DNA of 64,000 nt, from contig NC_085845.1 of NCBI RefSeq assembly GCF_035594765.1, positions 188,806,897 through 188,870,896 of the forward strand, written 5' to 3'. Under the pieces are notes generated by a model. It was not told where the DNA came from. It did not search any database and worked only from the letters and a program-made list of their open reading frames with translations. Position numbers and translations under genes: made by a program. This document shows positions 12,375 to 24,075 of this stretch, piece by piece; position 1 is the first letter of the stretch; every line of letters begins with the position of its first letter. Origin of the DNA: Anolis carolinensis (taxonomy: Eukaryota).

Positions 12375-12680
12375 ACTTGGAATTCCCTGAACAGACTCAG
12401 AAGCGGAGTTGGCAGATCAAAAGACAACCTAACTAAATTTCACTACCTAGAAGAATCCTCCACCTTGTGCAACTTCCTGAGCAGAACAAACAACTCGGCA
12501 TCTGTATGCTTGCCCACAATGCCCTGCTTCATGCACAGAGGAAGAACGGTTTAAAACTAGACAATGTAGTTGCTATTGCCTGTTTTTTATCTAAATCTAT
12601 TAAGTAGCTTGTGATCCCTTTATTTTATTCTTTTTAAACTTATCTACTTATGCAACACTTTTTGACACAAAATAAAAATA
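12375..12680 (+). mobile_element. Vingi/Ingi-like LINE 3' end
   Basis: WNSLNRLRSGVGRSKDNL...STLC...HLYACPQCPASC (Cys/His knuckle) followed by an A-rich tail. Confidence 0.55.
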
Positions 12681-12850
12681 GAACGGAGATTTCTGGATTC
12701 TTTAATGATCAGGAATGGTTTGCAGTGTGATCTTTTATGGGGGAATCTACAGTAGGGAACGTCTCAGATACTTCAGTTTGCTAAGCAGACTTAATTTCAC
12801 CCCATCAGAACCAGTAATAGAGCCAAGACTTAAATCTTTACGAAGCTGTC

Positions 12851-12856
12851 TTTATT
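12851..12856 (-). terminator. Candidate polyadenylation signal of the perilipin gene
   Basis: AATAAA on minus about 500 bp after the stop codon. Confidence 0.4.
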
Positions 12857-13348
12857 TGAACACACTTTCAACACTTTCCCTGAAAAAAAACATTCTGTCC
12901 TTATGCCACTTCCCAGCAGCCCATAAACCCAAAATAGTATCACTAGTTCTTGATAAGGCTAGTCGCTTCCATCAGGATAGTACTACACTTTGGGTCATAT
13001 CAGGACTCCATTTTAAAATGTGTGTTTTGGAAAGTCTTACAATTTAGAGTTTCCCCAGGCAGGTTCTCTCCACACACAAACACCCTTTCCACCCACCACT
13101 CTGTAATGAAGTGTTCCCAGTAATATAACTAGTTATTGACAAAATAATTCATTACCATCACTTCCACATGAACAGGTCATAGCAGGATTTGGCAATTTTA
13201 AAATATGTTGGGTTTGGGAGGAGGGATGATTACTATTTTGAAGTGATGTCTGGGCAGTCTGCCACCCACAATTTACATCAAGTGAATTTGTCTCCCGTTA
13301 TAACCATAATTCAATACAGTCCTGCTCTCTGCAGCAACAGCAATATTA

Positions 13349-13711
13349 CTACAACAGATCTTGCCTCACTCCTTGGTCTCCCTCAGAAGGTGGCTTGGGT
13401 GACCGAGTGAAAGGTCCCACAAGCCAGGAGAGGGGTGTTTGGTGGCTGATGTATTCCCGCAGCTCTTCCATATATTCTTGAGCTTTTTGCACTGTCTGAT
13501 AGCTTTGGGCCAAGACGACGTTGGAGAGTTCCTGGAAGGAGCCAGTGTTTGATAAGGAAGCTTGGAGTTCTTTGGTGTTTTCATGGATTTGATGCATCTT
13601 GTCCTGCAAGCTGGAAGGAAATCCTTGTATGCTAGACGTCAGTGTCTGGAAAGTGGTCTGCAGCTGCTGGATCATGCTCCGGAACATTGAGATGGCACGG
13701 AGGTCTACCTC
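13349..13711 (-). CDS. Perilipin last coding exon ([11 protein letters not shown]...[10 protein letters not shown]...DLL*)
   Basis: 363 bp; tag| acceptor; four-helix-bundle region; TAG stop. Confidence 0.92.
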   Translation of the reverse strand, partial: EVDLRAISMFRSMIQQLQTTFQTLTSSIQGFPSSLQDKMHQIHENTKELQASLSNTGSFQELSNVVLAQSYQTVQKAQEYMEELREYISHQTPLSWLVGPFTRSPKPPSEGDQGVRQDLL

Positions 13712-16700
13712 CTAAAACACACAGATCATTACACAGCATCAATAAGAGCAGCTCAAAGTACTCCTGTTAACTTCTATTAATACAAAACATGACTGTAGCA
13801 CCTTTCCCTCTTGTGTTGCTCAGTATTACAACAGTTGAAAGTGAAAATGACTTATTCCTTAGCCCTGGCAACCATAGCTCTTCTCCAACTATCCCTCTCC
13901 TTCTGCATTCATGCAGCAAACAAAGCCCCCTTCTTTACATTTTCCTCAACTACTGGGCCAAAGCAGCATATTCAGTAGCGAAGGATTATGGGAATTGTAG
14001 TCCAAAAACATGTACAACAAAACTAGCTAGCGTATGATCCCTAAAAGCTGTTCTTGCATCCCTTGATCCTTCTTTTTTCCTGTAACACTAACCTTCTCTC
14101 CAGCTAAAAGAAAGGGAGAAACTCCTTTCTTGGGAGCTTCCTGGAAAGACAATTTCACCTTTTAAATGGAGCATGTTCCCTCTATACTGACTTCTTGTTT
14201 TCCCCCAATTTGGTTCTCCCCATGGTCACTTTCAGCCATCTATGTTATAATCAGAATTGCAAAGACAGAAAATTGACCATTAAAAACTCTTGGCTTACCA
14301 CGCAGACGCATGCTTCAGCCTTATCATCTGAGGTACCCTTGCTCCATTCTAGCACCATCTGGCGAAGCTTCTCCTGGTGCTCATTGAGCTTCTGTCCAGC
14401 TTCATTCTTCATATATTCAAGCTAAAAGGTAAAAGCAAAGGCAAGGATCAAAAATCATGCCATTAGTGGAACTCCACTTCCATCCTGATATGCCACCAGC
14501 TCATTTTCAATGGTCAGTGACATAAATGAGATCACAAACATTCGATTCTCCGGGGATTCCAAGTTACCGGAGGGACAGATGTTTTCTAACAACACTTCAA
14601 AGAATCCGCTAGCCAGTGATTGTGACTTAATTTCCTCCATCTAATTCCCAATGTTCAGGTCTGGAATGTTGCTAACAATTTTATAGAGCTGGAAATATTT
14701 CTTGTAAAATCAACAAATGTAATAAAGTATTCTTTAGCCTGCATACAAATTATCTACTACCGCAAATTTATTTTTATAATAATAATAATAAACTTTATTT
14801 TATTTTTAAGACCTTCAAGAAGGAACAAAGATTGTAAAGCCCTCAAATTACTTTGCTTTATTTGCTTTCAGCCTTTCAAAGCAGTTCAATGATATCTGTA
14901 AGAAGTTGGATATCAGTTGAAAACACAACATGCTCAGAATAAATATTGATCAAAAGTCATGAAACTATCATTTTTTCTTGCTTTAAGGGGCTTAGGATTT
15001 AAGTTTCAAGGAGTTACCCTTTTAGACTACGGCTCCTAGAATTTCTCAACCAACCTGACCATATTAGCTGCAGGACTAGAAGATCTGTGGTTCAAAAACA
15101 ATTTTAGATGTTTTAAACTCTGGCTAAAACTTATATTTGAAAAATAGAGAAATGGTCCATCTTAACCTCCAAAGTATTTGGAGGGTGGAAGCAAAGTTCT
15201 TACCAGGCGGATAGTTTGCTCAATCTGGGCCAGAGAGCTCTGGATCCTTTGCCTGGTTTTTTTCAGCTTGTCTACAGAATGGCGGTAGGCCCGGTTGCGG
15301 AATTTGGCTGAGAGGGAGCCCAAGCGCACTAGATACTCTTCTCGTTCATTGTGCTGCATTGCCACAAGATCACCATTCCTTACAGCTCTTGCAAGCTCAG
15401 CTAAGAGAGAACCACAGAATGTTATAAGTCAACACAGGCCAGTCTTGATATCTCATGCATCCTCAATAACATCTGCAAGAAAAGAAGCTTTCATTCCTTA
15501 TTGACTGTCTAAAGGACAGTTGTTTGAAAAATCAAGGGCCTTTGGGCACTCTTCCAGATAGATTGTTCTATTTCAATGGGCAAAGTTTGGGACACATGTA
15601 ACCTCTCCAGGGCCCAGGAGGAGGCCACTGTCAAGGGACATAGAAGGGAACACAAAGTGATGCATACATGTCCTTTCTTTTCACTCTCAGATTTTAGAAA
15701 TGTTATTTTTCATGAAAAGTCCAAGAATCCCCCAAGCATTCTGGCTACTGAAGTTGGATTAGGGATTCTGGTAACTACAGACCTGAATTATTTTCCCAAG
15801 GTTTTGTCACTCCAAAGTACAATACTTCGTAATAGCAGGAATGTACCCTTAACATATACTTTGAATACCCATGCTATTTTAGAAACTGTTACTTAGCTGC
15901 AAGACTAGAAGATTCTGGATGTTTAGGCGACATACCCAATTCTTCTTCCGTCATGGGAAGGTAGTCATCGATCAGTTCTTCAGCACTGTCAAGTATTGCT
16001 TCAGCCCCACTCACAGCGATCTGGCCCACTCTGGATTCCACCACAGTGGACACACTGTGGCTGATAGCAGACCTGGTTGCATCCATGCCAGTCTGCACAG
16101 CATCTTTGGTCATGTCTACAACCCCAGATAGCTTGTTGGCAATAGCCTCTTTGGCATTGGACACCATCTCCTTTGTACTTGACGCAATCTACAAGGCAAC
16201 AGAGATATTAACTTTGGAGTTATAGGATTCACCATCAATGAAGTCTTTAAAAAATACTGTCATGCTGATAGCCCTCTTTTCCATTTCATGTTGACATTAG
16301 TGCCTGGGTTAGATTAGGAAGGCTGGTCAAAGGACACAGCAGCTATCTTGTCCCTGCTCCTCTTCACCCAGCCATCATTTATATCCACGTTACCCCTAAA
16401 CAGAGACTCAAGACAATTTCCAAACATTAGCATCAAACAGATGTAGCGTTGACCCAGGACAGTTAAAGCAATATCAAACAGCTTTAATTTTACAGCACAT
16501 GAACCCTAAGAAAGCCTTTTGAGGGGTTTCTATTAGACAGGCGAGGATGATAAGGCCAAGAAGAGGCTTCCCAAGGACCTCAAAGCTCAGGCTTGCATGG
16601 GAGGAGGCAGCCCTTCAGATAACCTAAGCCATATCTCCACCACCCATTCGGTATGCCCAGAAACAGAAGAGTAATCAGCACAGATATTATAACAAGGAAT

Positions 16701-19700
16701 GTGTGTGCTTCAAATATTCAGCCAAACATTCTCTCTCCTTTTCTCCCTAACCAAGAGGAAACTATGCATCTTACTACGGATTAGATCGACATACCTCATC
16801 TGCTGTCAAATGTAGAATTGGTAGCTTCTCCTCCAGAGTATCCAGACCTCTAGAGGCATACTCATTTGCTGTTGCAACTGTGGAGCACAGATATGGTATT
16901 TTAATAATAATAATACTTTATTTTTCAATCCCACCACCATCACCCTGAAGGGATGTGGGGCGGCTATCATGGGGCGATGCCCAAAACAAAACAGAATAAA
17001 GCAATTACAACGAATATCAAAACAAAAACAGTAATAATATAAATCAAATAAAATAAACAATTTAAACATTTTAAAAATACAATAAAACACATAAAATCAG
17101 AACAAATGAGTAATAATACAGCATCAGCCACTGGAGATGAAAGGGGTCAGGCATATAAAACACAATATCAAAAGCTTTAATAAAGTGCATAAACAAGTGT
17201 CAGAGAGTCAACTGGGATAATATGGGATAAGGTAAGGTAGGAAGGGATTGAAGTGCTAAGAAGTAACCACTGTCTAGTGTCAGTATGAGAAATCCAATGT
17301 ATTTGTAGAGCTTGGAAAATTTTATTTGAGCTACAACTCAAGAGTCTTCAAAGCACCTGTGACACTGGGGAATATAGTAATAAAACTAACTGTCCCAAAT
17401 TTTTGTATATTTCTTAATAAAGAATAAGGGTACAGAAGCACTATATATCTGAATACTATTTATCTGGAAAAGTGAGTCAGAGTTATAACCATTGTGTCTT
17501 GCCTGTGGCTTTCCCTAGGCATTGACTTTTTCATTGTAGGATACTAGACTAGACAGGACTTTGGTCTGATCCAACAGGGATCTTGGGTCCCTAGACCTTT
17601 GTTTTGATAAGGCTTAGTTTCCAAGTTTATTTATGCTGCATTATAGCAGCTAGTAGATTGTATCCTGGTCCTATAGGATTCAAGGCTGTTTCAATTTAGT
17701 AGTAGAGTTTAAACATTTCAACTTGTTAAAGCTCAGAATAAATACACTCAACATTACAAAGTCTAAGAAGGTGATAATCCGGTCTTATTATTAACTAAGA
17801 AAAAACAGCAGTGCTTTCAATGTTTGCCACAGAGGTTACTAAAAAGGGACCAGACTGGACAACTGAAGCAAAAAGGTTGAAGCATCCAGGAATGGAGCAC
17901 AAGCCTCAAGGTTGGGTGTTTGTGCACTTGTGAGAAATTAGTGTCCCAATGCCTCATACCGCTATCTGTTTGGGGAGCAGAGAAGAGCACAAACTACACC
18001 ATTATGACTACTGTTTATTCCCATGCAAGACTAGCATGCATGTTCCATCTCTGTAACCACATAAAACTGTAAAGCTGAGTGAAAACATTTGGCTTACTTA
18101 CTCTGGGGTTCTAGCTTATTCAGGATAGGCTGAGCTGTATTGACTGCCACCTCCGTTATGGTCTTCACTCCTTTCTCAGCGACATCCAAGATGGATTTCA
18201 CATAGGGGTGGCTATCCTTGGTAGAGCTGTAGGCTGTCGCAGCCATGTCATATGTGGAGCTGACCAAAGGCATGTTGGCCACTCTTCTCAAGACATTCTA
18301 AAAGTAGAGAAGGACTGGTTATAGTATGTTAGAAGAGTCCATACTCTAACATGGGGAAGTGTAACAGTTCAGAGTCTCTTGCTAAACCATGGTCTCCTGC
18401 CTTATATTTTTTTTCAGTGCCATAGCCAGATGGTGTAATTTGAGTGTTGATTAGGATTCAGAAAACCGGGTTTCAAATCCCCACTCAGCATGGAAAGTTG
18501 GAAACCAACTGGGGACTTGGGCAAGTCACATTCTCTCAGTATTAGAGGAAGGCAGAGACAAAACATCTCAAAACAAACCTTGCAAAGAAAACTTCATGAT
18601 ATAGAAACCCCTAGGTGAATCTAAGTCAGAAATGACCCAAAGGCACACAACAACAGAAATGGTTGGGAGGTTTGCAGTGTTCCCCTCAAAATCCAAAATT
18701 GTTCCCAAACCACATTTCCTCCTAAAGATGTACCAACAGTTAAAGGAGAGCAGATTCAAACAATCGTGCACAACAGCACTGTTGTAGCTGCCTACTGGAA
18801 CCTAAAAAATTATGATAGCAATACTTACTACCTGGTTCTCATAAACTGACATAGGATTTTGTCATTCCAGTTGTACAAAAATTGTTTTAAAAGTATTTCA
18901 ATCTATTTTCTGGGTAAACTGTTTTACCGACCAAATCTGATAATCTGATGCCAAACCAAATAATCTACAACACATTTTATGTTCTTAAAGTAAAAATTAC
19001 TGTAGGGTGCCAATAGTCCCTTTATCAAAATTTCTTTCTTCCAAAGAAAATTAAAAACCCCAAACAAGCAGTCTGGTTTATTCAGCAAAGCTCCAACATA
19101 TTTTATCTTGCTAGTAACCTCCAGAGCAGGAGATCAGTTAAGAGTCGGGATGGTGACCAAGGATTCCTATAATAATAATTTTATTTATACCCTGCCTTTT
19201 CTCTACACAAGGAGACCCAACATGGCTACCTTTGCTATTGACTCTCATGTCACTATAGGCAAGCTACGCTTTGTATCTTTGGTCCTCTTATCTGCCATAT
19301 AGGATATTATACAGCCCTTATGGAGATTACGTTATCATGGGTGCATGCAGTGATACCCCACCTCGAAACTGGAAAAACTTAAAGTTTTTCTGCCTCTATC
19401 TTCATCCTTCGCAAGTAAACAACATTTTAAGTTTGCTTTTCATTCTGTTTCAGGATTAGCCTTCATTTGTCCAACTCTTCGCCTCTATCCACTTACGGAC
19501 ATCAGTGGCCTTGAGTCTTTTTATTTAACTGTCTAATTAATTATGGAGATTGAGTTTACCTAACCACCACCAACGAAAGATCCGAGAACTATTTGCCATT
19601 CTCCATTTCAGCAGGAAGGTGAAAGTGTAGCAACACAGAAGGAACAGCAGGACTAGAAGAATTATAAAATTTGGATCAGTTTATTTTTATTACAGGAGCC

Positions 19701-20720
19701 AGATTGCCTGCACTGAATACTAGGAGATGTCTTGTGTAAGAAAGAGAAACGGGAAGAAAAAGCTCTCAGATTAGCCAAGAGGGGAAAGACCTTAAGTAAC
19801 TTGCTCTGGATTTGCTGAATCTAGCCACACTCAGACCTGCATCTTTAGCTTGGCCTATAGTGGACTAAGGAGCCCCACGTGGCGCAGTGGATTAAACCAC
19901 TGAGGTACTGAACTCAGTGGTTGGTGGTTCGAATCTAAGGAGCGGAGTGAGCTCCCACTGTTAGCCCCAGCTTCCGCCAACCTAGCAGTTTCAAAACATG
20001 CTAATGTGAGTATATCAATAGGAACCGCTCCAGTGGGAAGGTAATGGCACTCCATGCAGTCATGCTGGCCACATGACCTAAGAGGTGTCTACGGACAATG
20101 CCGGCTTTTTGGCTTAGAAATGGAGATGAGCACCAACACCCAGAGTCAGACACGACTAGACTTAATGTCAGGGGAAAACTCTTTACTTTTTATCTAAAGT
20201 GGACTGGGATTGTGGAGCACAGGCCTCCATCTATGGGTTATCAATGACAGAGCATGGAAAACAGTTTTGTACTATAAATCCCAGAACACCCAGCCATTGT
20301 TTGTGCAGGCATGTGCAAGGCATCTCGAAATCTTTCCATCAAATTGCTAAAGTCTAACATATCACCACAAAGGAAAGTCCAGCCATTTTTTTTGCATATC
20401 AACCTCCTTTAGAGAACTCTTGTTAAATTACCCCTCAAATAACAGTTGTCACCATTAAAAGGTAGATAAAAGCTTCTTTCTGTCAGCACATCAAGCCAAA
20501 CTAGTGGCTGAATCCTTGACCCTTAAACTTTGCTCAGGCATAAGAGAGTTCAACGTGCTGACTAAAGTAAGATCGCGTGCTGTTCATACCCTTCTTTCAA
20601 TACTCATTGACTCACCTCCTGTCCAGCTTCCTTCAATTCCTGTCCAGCTTCTTGCACCTCCTGTTCAACTTTCTCAACCTCATCCTGGGAGGACACATTC
20701 ACTTGCTCATTGGAAGCCAT
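13349..20720 (-). CDS. Perilipin family lipid-droplet protein (PLIN2/PLIN3-like), complete, 439 aa, 7 coding exons
   Basis: Minus-strand exons 20720-20616, 18297-18102, 16877-16795, 16188-15936, 15400-15204, 14421-14299, 13711-13349 (105+196+83+253+197+123+363 = 1320 nt), all GT-AG and in frame. PAT domain ([14 protein letters not shown]...[19 protein letters not shown]), 11-mer repeat region, [18 protein letters not shown] and the C-terminal [10 protein letters not shown] motif. Confidence 0.93.
14299..14421 (-). CDS. Perilipin exon ([28 protein letters not shown]...CVCV)
   Basis: 123 bp; tag| and |gtaagc. Confidence 0.88.
15204..15400 (-). CDS. Perilipin exon (AELARAV...[17 protein letters not shown]...TIRL)
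   Basis: 197 bp; tag| and |gtaaga. Confidence 0.92.
15936..16188 (-). CDS. Perilipin 11-mer-repeat exon ([14 protein letters not shown]...YLPMTEEEL)
   Basis: 253 bp; tag| and |gtatgt. Confidence 0.92.
16795..16877 (-). CDS. Perilipin exon ([28 protein letters not shown])
   Basis: 83 bp; cag| and |gtatgt. Confidence 0.93.
18102..18297 (-). CDS. Perilipin PAT exon ([16 protein letters not shown]...KLEPQ)
   Basis: 196 bp; tag| and |gtaagt. Confidence 0.93.
19869..20190 (+). mobile_element. Sauria SINE
   Basis: tRNA head and RTE/BovB-like tail GAGTCAGACACGACT...GGGGAAAA(CTTTA)n. Confidence 0.8.
20616..20720 (-). CDS. Perilipin first coding exon ([35 protein letters not shown])
   Basis: Acceptor tag| at 20733/20732, ATG at 20720, donor GAG|gtgagt; phase 0 joins the next exon. 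Confidence 0.8.
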
Positions 20721-21416
20721 TTGGCTTTGTAACTAGCAAAAAGACAGGGCTGGAAGACAAAAAGTCAGCAATAGTTTGTTCATCACATATAAGCTGCAGT
20801 GCCAAAGCCTGTATAGGTCCAAGATGTTAGCGGCTCTAGCTTCACTGAATAGCACTGCTTTGCAATTAAGACTTTTTACTATCTCTAAGATTACTAAAGC
20901 ATGTAATAGGTAGTAGGAGTTGCCTCAGTAGAATTAGCATAGCATAGTTTGAAAATAGGACAATGACCCTGGAAGCTAGGATTCAAATCTCCACTGGATC
21001 ATGGAAACCCACTGGATGACGCTAAGTCACTCTCTCTCAGCCTCAGCGGGAGGCAAAGGTACCCCACTCCCCAACAAATCATGCCAAGCCAATCTTGTGA
21101 TAGGCTCAGCTAAAACCTGCTGTCATGCAACAGTAACATGCAGCTGTCTCTATCACTGCAATATTAAAGCAAGAGAATAGGGCGCATTTAATACTGCTGG
21201 TGTTTATAGCTATTCCAATGTCACTGTCTTTCTCTGCATTGCATTCAGGCTTTCTAAAGCTTCCCTCTCCACTTTTCTTACTGGGCAGATTAAATATACA
21301 ATACTAGTTGGAAAGGGCTAGGTCCATGTAAGACTAAAATTGCTATTCAAAGCATACCAAACTTCAAGAGTTCTGCCATAGTACATATACTATAGAAAAG
21401 GAAATCGCACCAAATA

Positions 21417-21739
21417 CAGTAGAGTCTCACTTATCCGAAACTCGCTTATCCAACGTTCTGGATTATCCAACGTATCTTTGTAGTCAATGTTTTCAATACA
21501 CCATGATATTTTGGTGCTAAATTCGTAAATACAGTAATTACTACATAGCATTACTGCGTATTGAACTACTTTTTCTGTCAAATTAGTTGTATAACATGAT
21601 GTTTTGGTGCTTTATTTGTAAAATCATAACCTAATTTGATGTTTAATAGGCTTTTCCTTAATCCCTCCTTATTATCCAACATATTCGCTTATCCAACATT
21701 CTGCCGGCCTGTTTATGTTGGATAAGTGAGACTCTACTG
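21417..21739. mobile_element. Tigger-like MITE, same family
   Basis: Same TIRs, TA TSD. Confidence 0.85.
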
Positions 21740-21860
21740 TAGTTCCAAAGGGTACTTCATCATGTCTTTCTTCAGAAGGAAGTTAAACAATGTGATGAAA
21801 ATTTAGATTTGAGAACTCTTTGAGATGTGAACGTTAAGTTTGTGTTCAGAAAAGGTATTA

Positions 21861-22164
21861 CAGTAGAGTCTCACTTATCCAACATAAACGGGCCGGCAGA
21901 ATGTTGGATAAGCGAATATGTTGGATAATAAGGAGGGATTAAGGAAAAGCCTATTAAACATCAAAATAGGTTATGATTTTACAAATTAAGCACCAAAACA
22001 TCATGTTATACAACAAATTTGACAGAAAAATTCATTACACATTAATACTATGTAGTAATTACTTTATTTACGAATTTAGCACCAAAATATCACAATGCAT
22101 TGAAAACATTGGCTACAAAAATGCATTGGATAATCCAGAACATTGGATAAGTGAGACTCTACTG
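21861..22164. mobile_element. Tigger-like MITE, inverted relative to the 21417 copy
   Basis: Same TIRs, TA TSD, opposite orientation. Confidence 0.85.
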
Positions 22165-23436
22165 TATATGTGGTTGTCAAGGAAGGGAAGGGGGAAAAAA
22201 GAAGAGGGAAAGGAAAAAAATAAAAAGAAATACGTAATGCTATTTGGACAAGCTGGAATATTACAAAATTAGAAATAGGTGATTCCTGGAAAGGTTAAAT
22301 ATGTTGGAATAATGTTAATGAAACATTTGATTATGATTTAAAACATCTTTCAATTTATGCAAATTGGGTTTTTTATAGTTATCCACACTTGTGTATATAA
22401 AACAGTCAGGAAGCTCAAATCACAAGAACATATTTTATTGCCTGTTCCCATTCTTATGGGGTTATTTTTTTATTAATGTGATATCATTATGTGTTTAGAC
22501 ATATTCTGAAATTTTCTTGAGCATGAAGATATATTCCCTGCCTTGCAAGGAGTCTCTTTAAAAAATTACATTAGGATTTTTGCATATGAAATGGGGGGGG
22601 GGGGGGGGGGGGAGAGAATTAGCCGGTGGCACTATTGCCAGATAGAAACAGTTTTTCCTAAAACATAGTAACCAATAATTCTAGTTAGGAATAGTTTGCA
22701 TGGATTTTGCTTTGAAAATGTCTTGAATTTGAGTGAATGGTAAAGTATGTTATACTTATTCTGCACAAGTTGCCATTTGAATACAGATCTAGACACGTTT
22801 CATTATTTTTGAATGTATATTTTCTGATTGTATATTAGATTGTGTCAAATAAAATATTTTTTTTAAAAAAAGAATATACCAAACCTCAGTCAGCATGAAG
22901 CCTAATAGGCAGAGAAGTTCAATGGATCTCAGCAGCCTTACTTTTTGAATATAAGAGAGTACAGTGTCAAGCTACAAATAACGGTGAGCTAAAAAATGTT
23001 TGTAGCAGGCATGTGTTTATTACGAGGTCACATTTTTACTTATTCTTCCTTAATACCTATTGATGTTTCTGCTGAACAGATAGAAGACTAGGATAGCTTC
23101 AGTCCTGTTCTTGTTTATTGCTCAAGATAAAAAAAAGGAAAACAAAGAGCTATGTAAAGTCTGTTGCTCTCTACATACATTTAGAAATCTGGACTACAAC
23201 TTCCAGAGCCTCCAAGCCAGCATAGTCTGACCCATTCCAAAAACTGTAGTCAAAGAAAATGACTTTTTTTTCATAAGCAGTACCCATACAGAGACTAGCA
23301 ACAAAACAGCAAAAGCCACATTAAGCCATGTAAGAAGATGGAATAGAAAAGCAAACTCTTCAAATATTATACAAAATGATTAGTAATCTGTGTATCACAC
23401 ACACCACACTACCAGCACATCTACAAGTCCACTTAC

Positions 23437-23560
23437 CTGGAGGTGATAAATCACAAGAAACAATTGAAGACAAGGCCTACTCTCACCTTTATATACTAAC
23501 AATGATGATGTCATGGAGGTAGGCCAAAGAGATCAAGATTGACATTTGGAGAACCAATGA
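23437..23560 (-). promoter_or_regulatory. Putative perilipin core promoter and short non-coding exon 1
   Basis: TATATAAAG on minus at 23495-23487; consensus donor CAG|GTAAGT at 23437/23436 about 50 bp downstream; CRE-like TGATGTCA at 23506-23513; CCAAT at 23554-23558. Confidence 0.6.
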
Positions 23561-23874
23561 ATAGAGCCTCATTTGTTCGTCAATCAGTTAGGGACAAGAG
23601 ACAGATGGAGTCAATGAGGGTCAGATAATGATCCTGATAAACAATGACTGGAGATATGAAACCCCTCAGCTGTATTTAAGGTATTTTTATTGGCCCACTT
23701 AGCTGCAAATCTTTGGTTTAGATTTAAAGCACAATAGAATGCCATTAAAGACATAGTTGCCGATACTCCTGTTCTTGTGGGCTTTCAAGTTGTTATGGTG
23801 ACCTTGTCACAAGATGTGTGTGTAGAGAGCCAGTATAGTGTTTAGTGTTGCTTCCAGTTTGGCTATAGAAGCAA

Positions 23875-24075
23875 GTTTATAGTGGTTTAAGTACTGGACC
23901 ACAATTCTGGAGACACTGATTCAAGTCCATGTTCAGCCATGGAAACCCATCGTGTGGCTTTGGAGGAGTCACTCAGTCTCAATCTCAGAAGAAGGCCATG
24001 GCAAACCTTCCCTTGTCCCCCCCCCCCCCCCCCCGCTTGTGATAGAGTCACCAAGACCTGAAGGCACACAACACA
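23875..24075 (+). mobile_element. Old MIR/CORE-like SINE (relatives at about 11740, 18425, 20935 and reversed at about 10830 and 52960)
   Basis: Degenerate tRNA head and the CCATGGAAACCCA...AGTCAC...CTCAG core. Confidence 0.55.

Noticed and set aside
22593-22612. Poly-G runs (also about 4738, 24018 as poly-C, 28889, 46086) as G-quadruplex elements
   Set aside because: Simple homopolymers of unreliable length with no other support.
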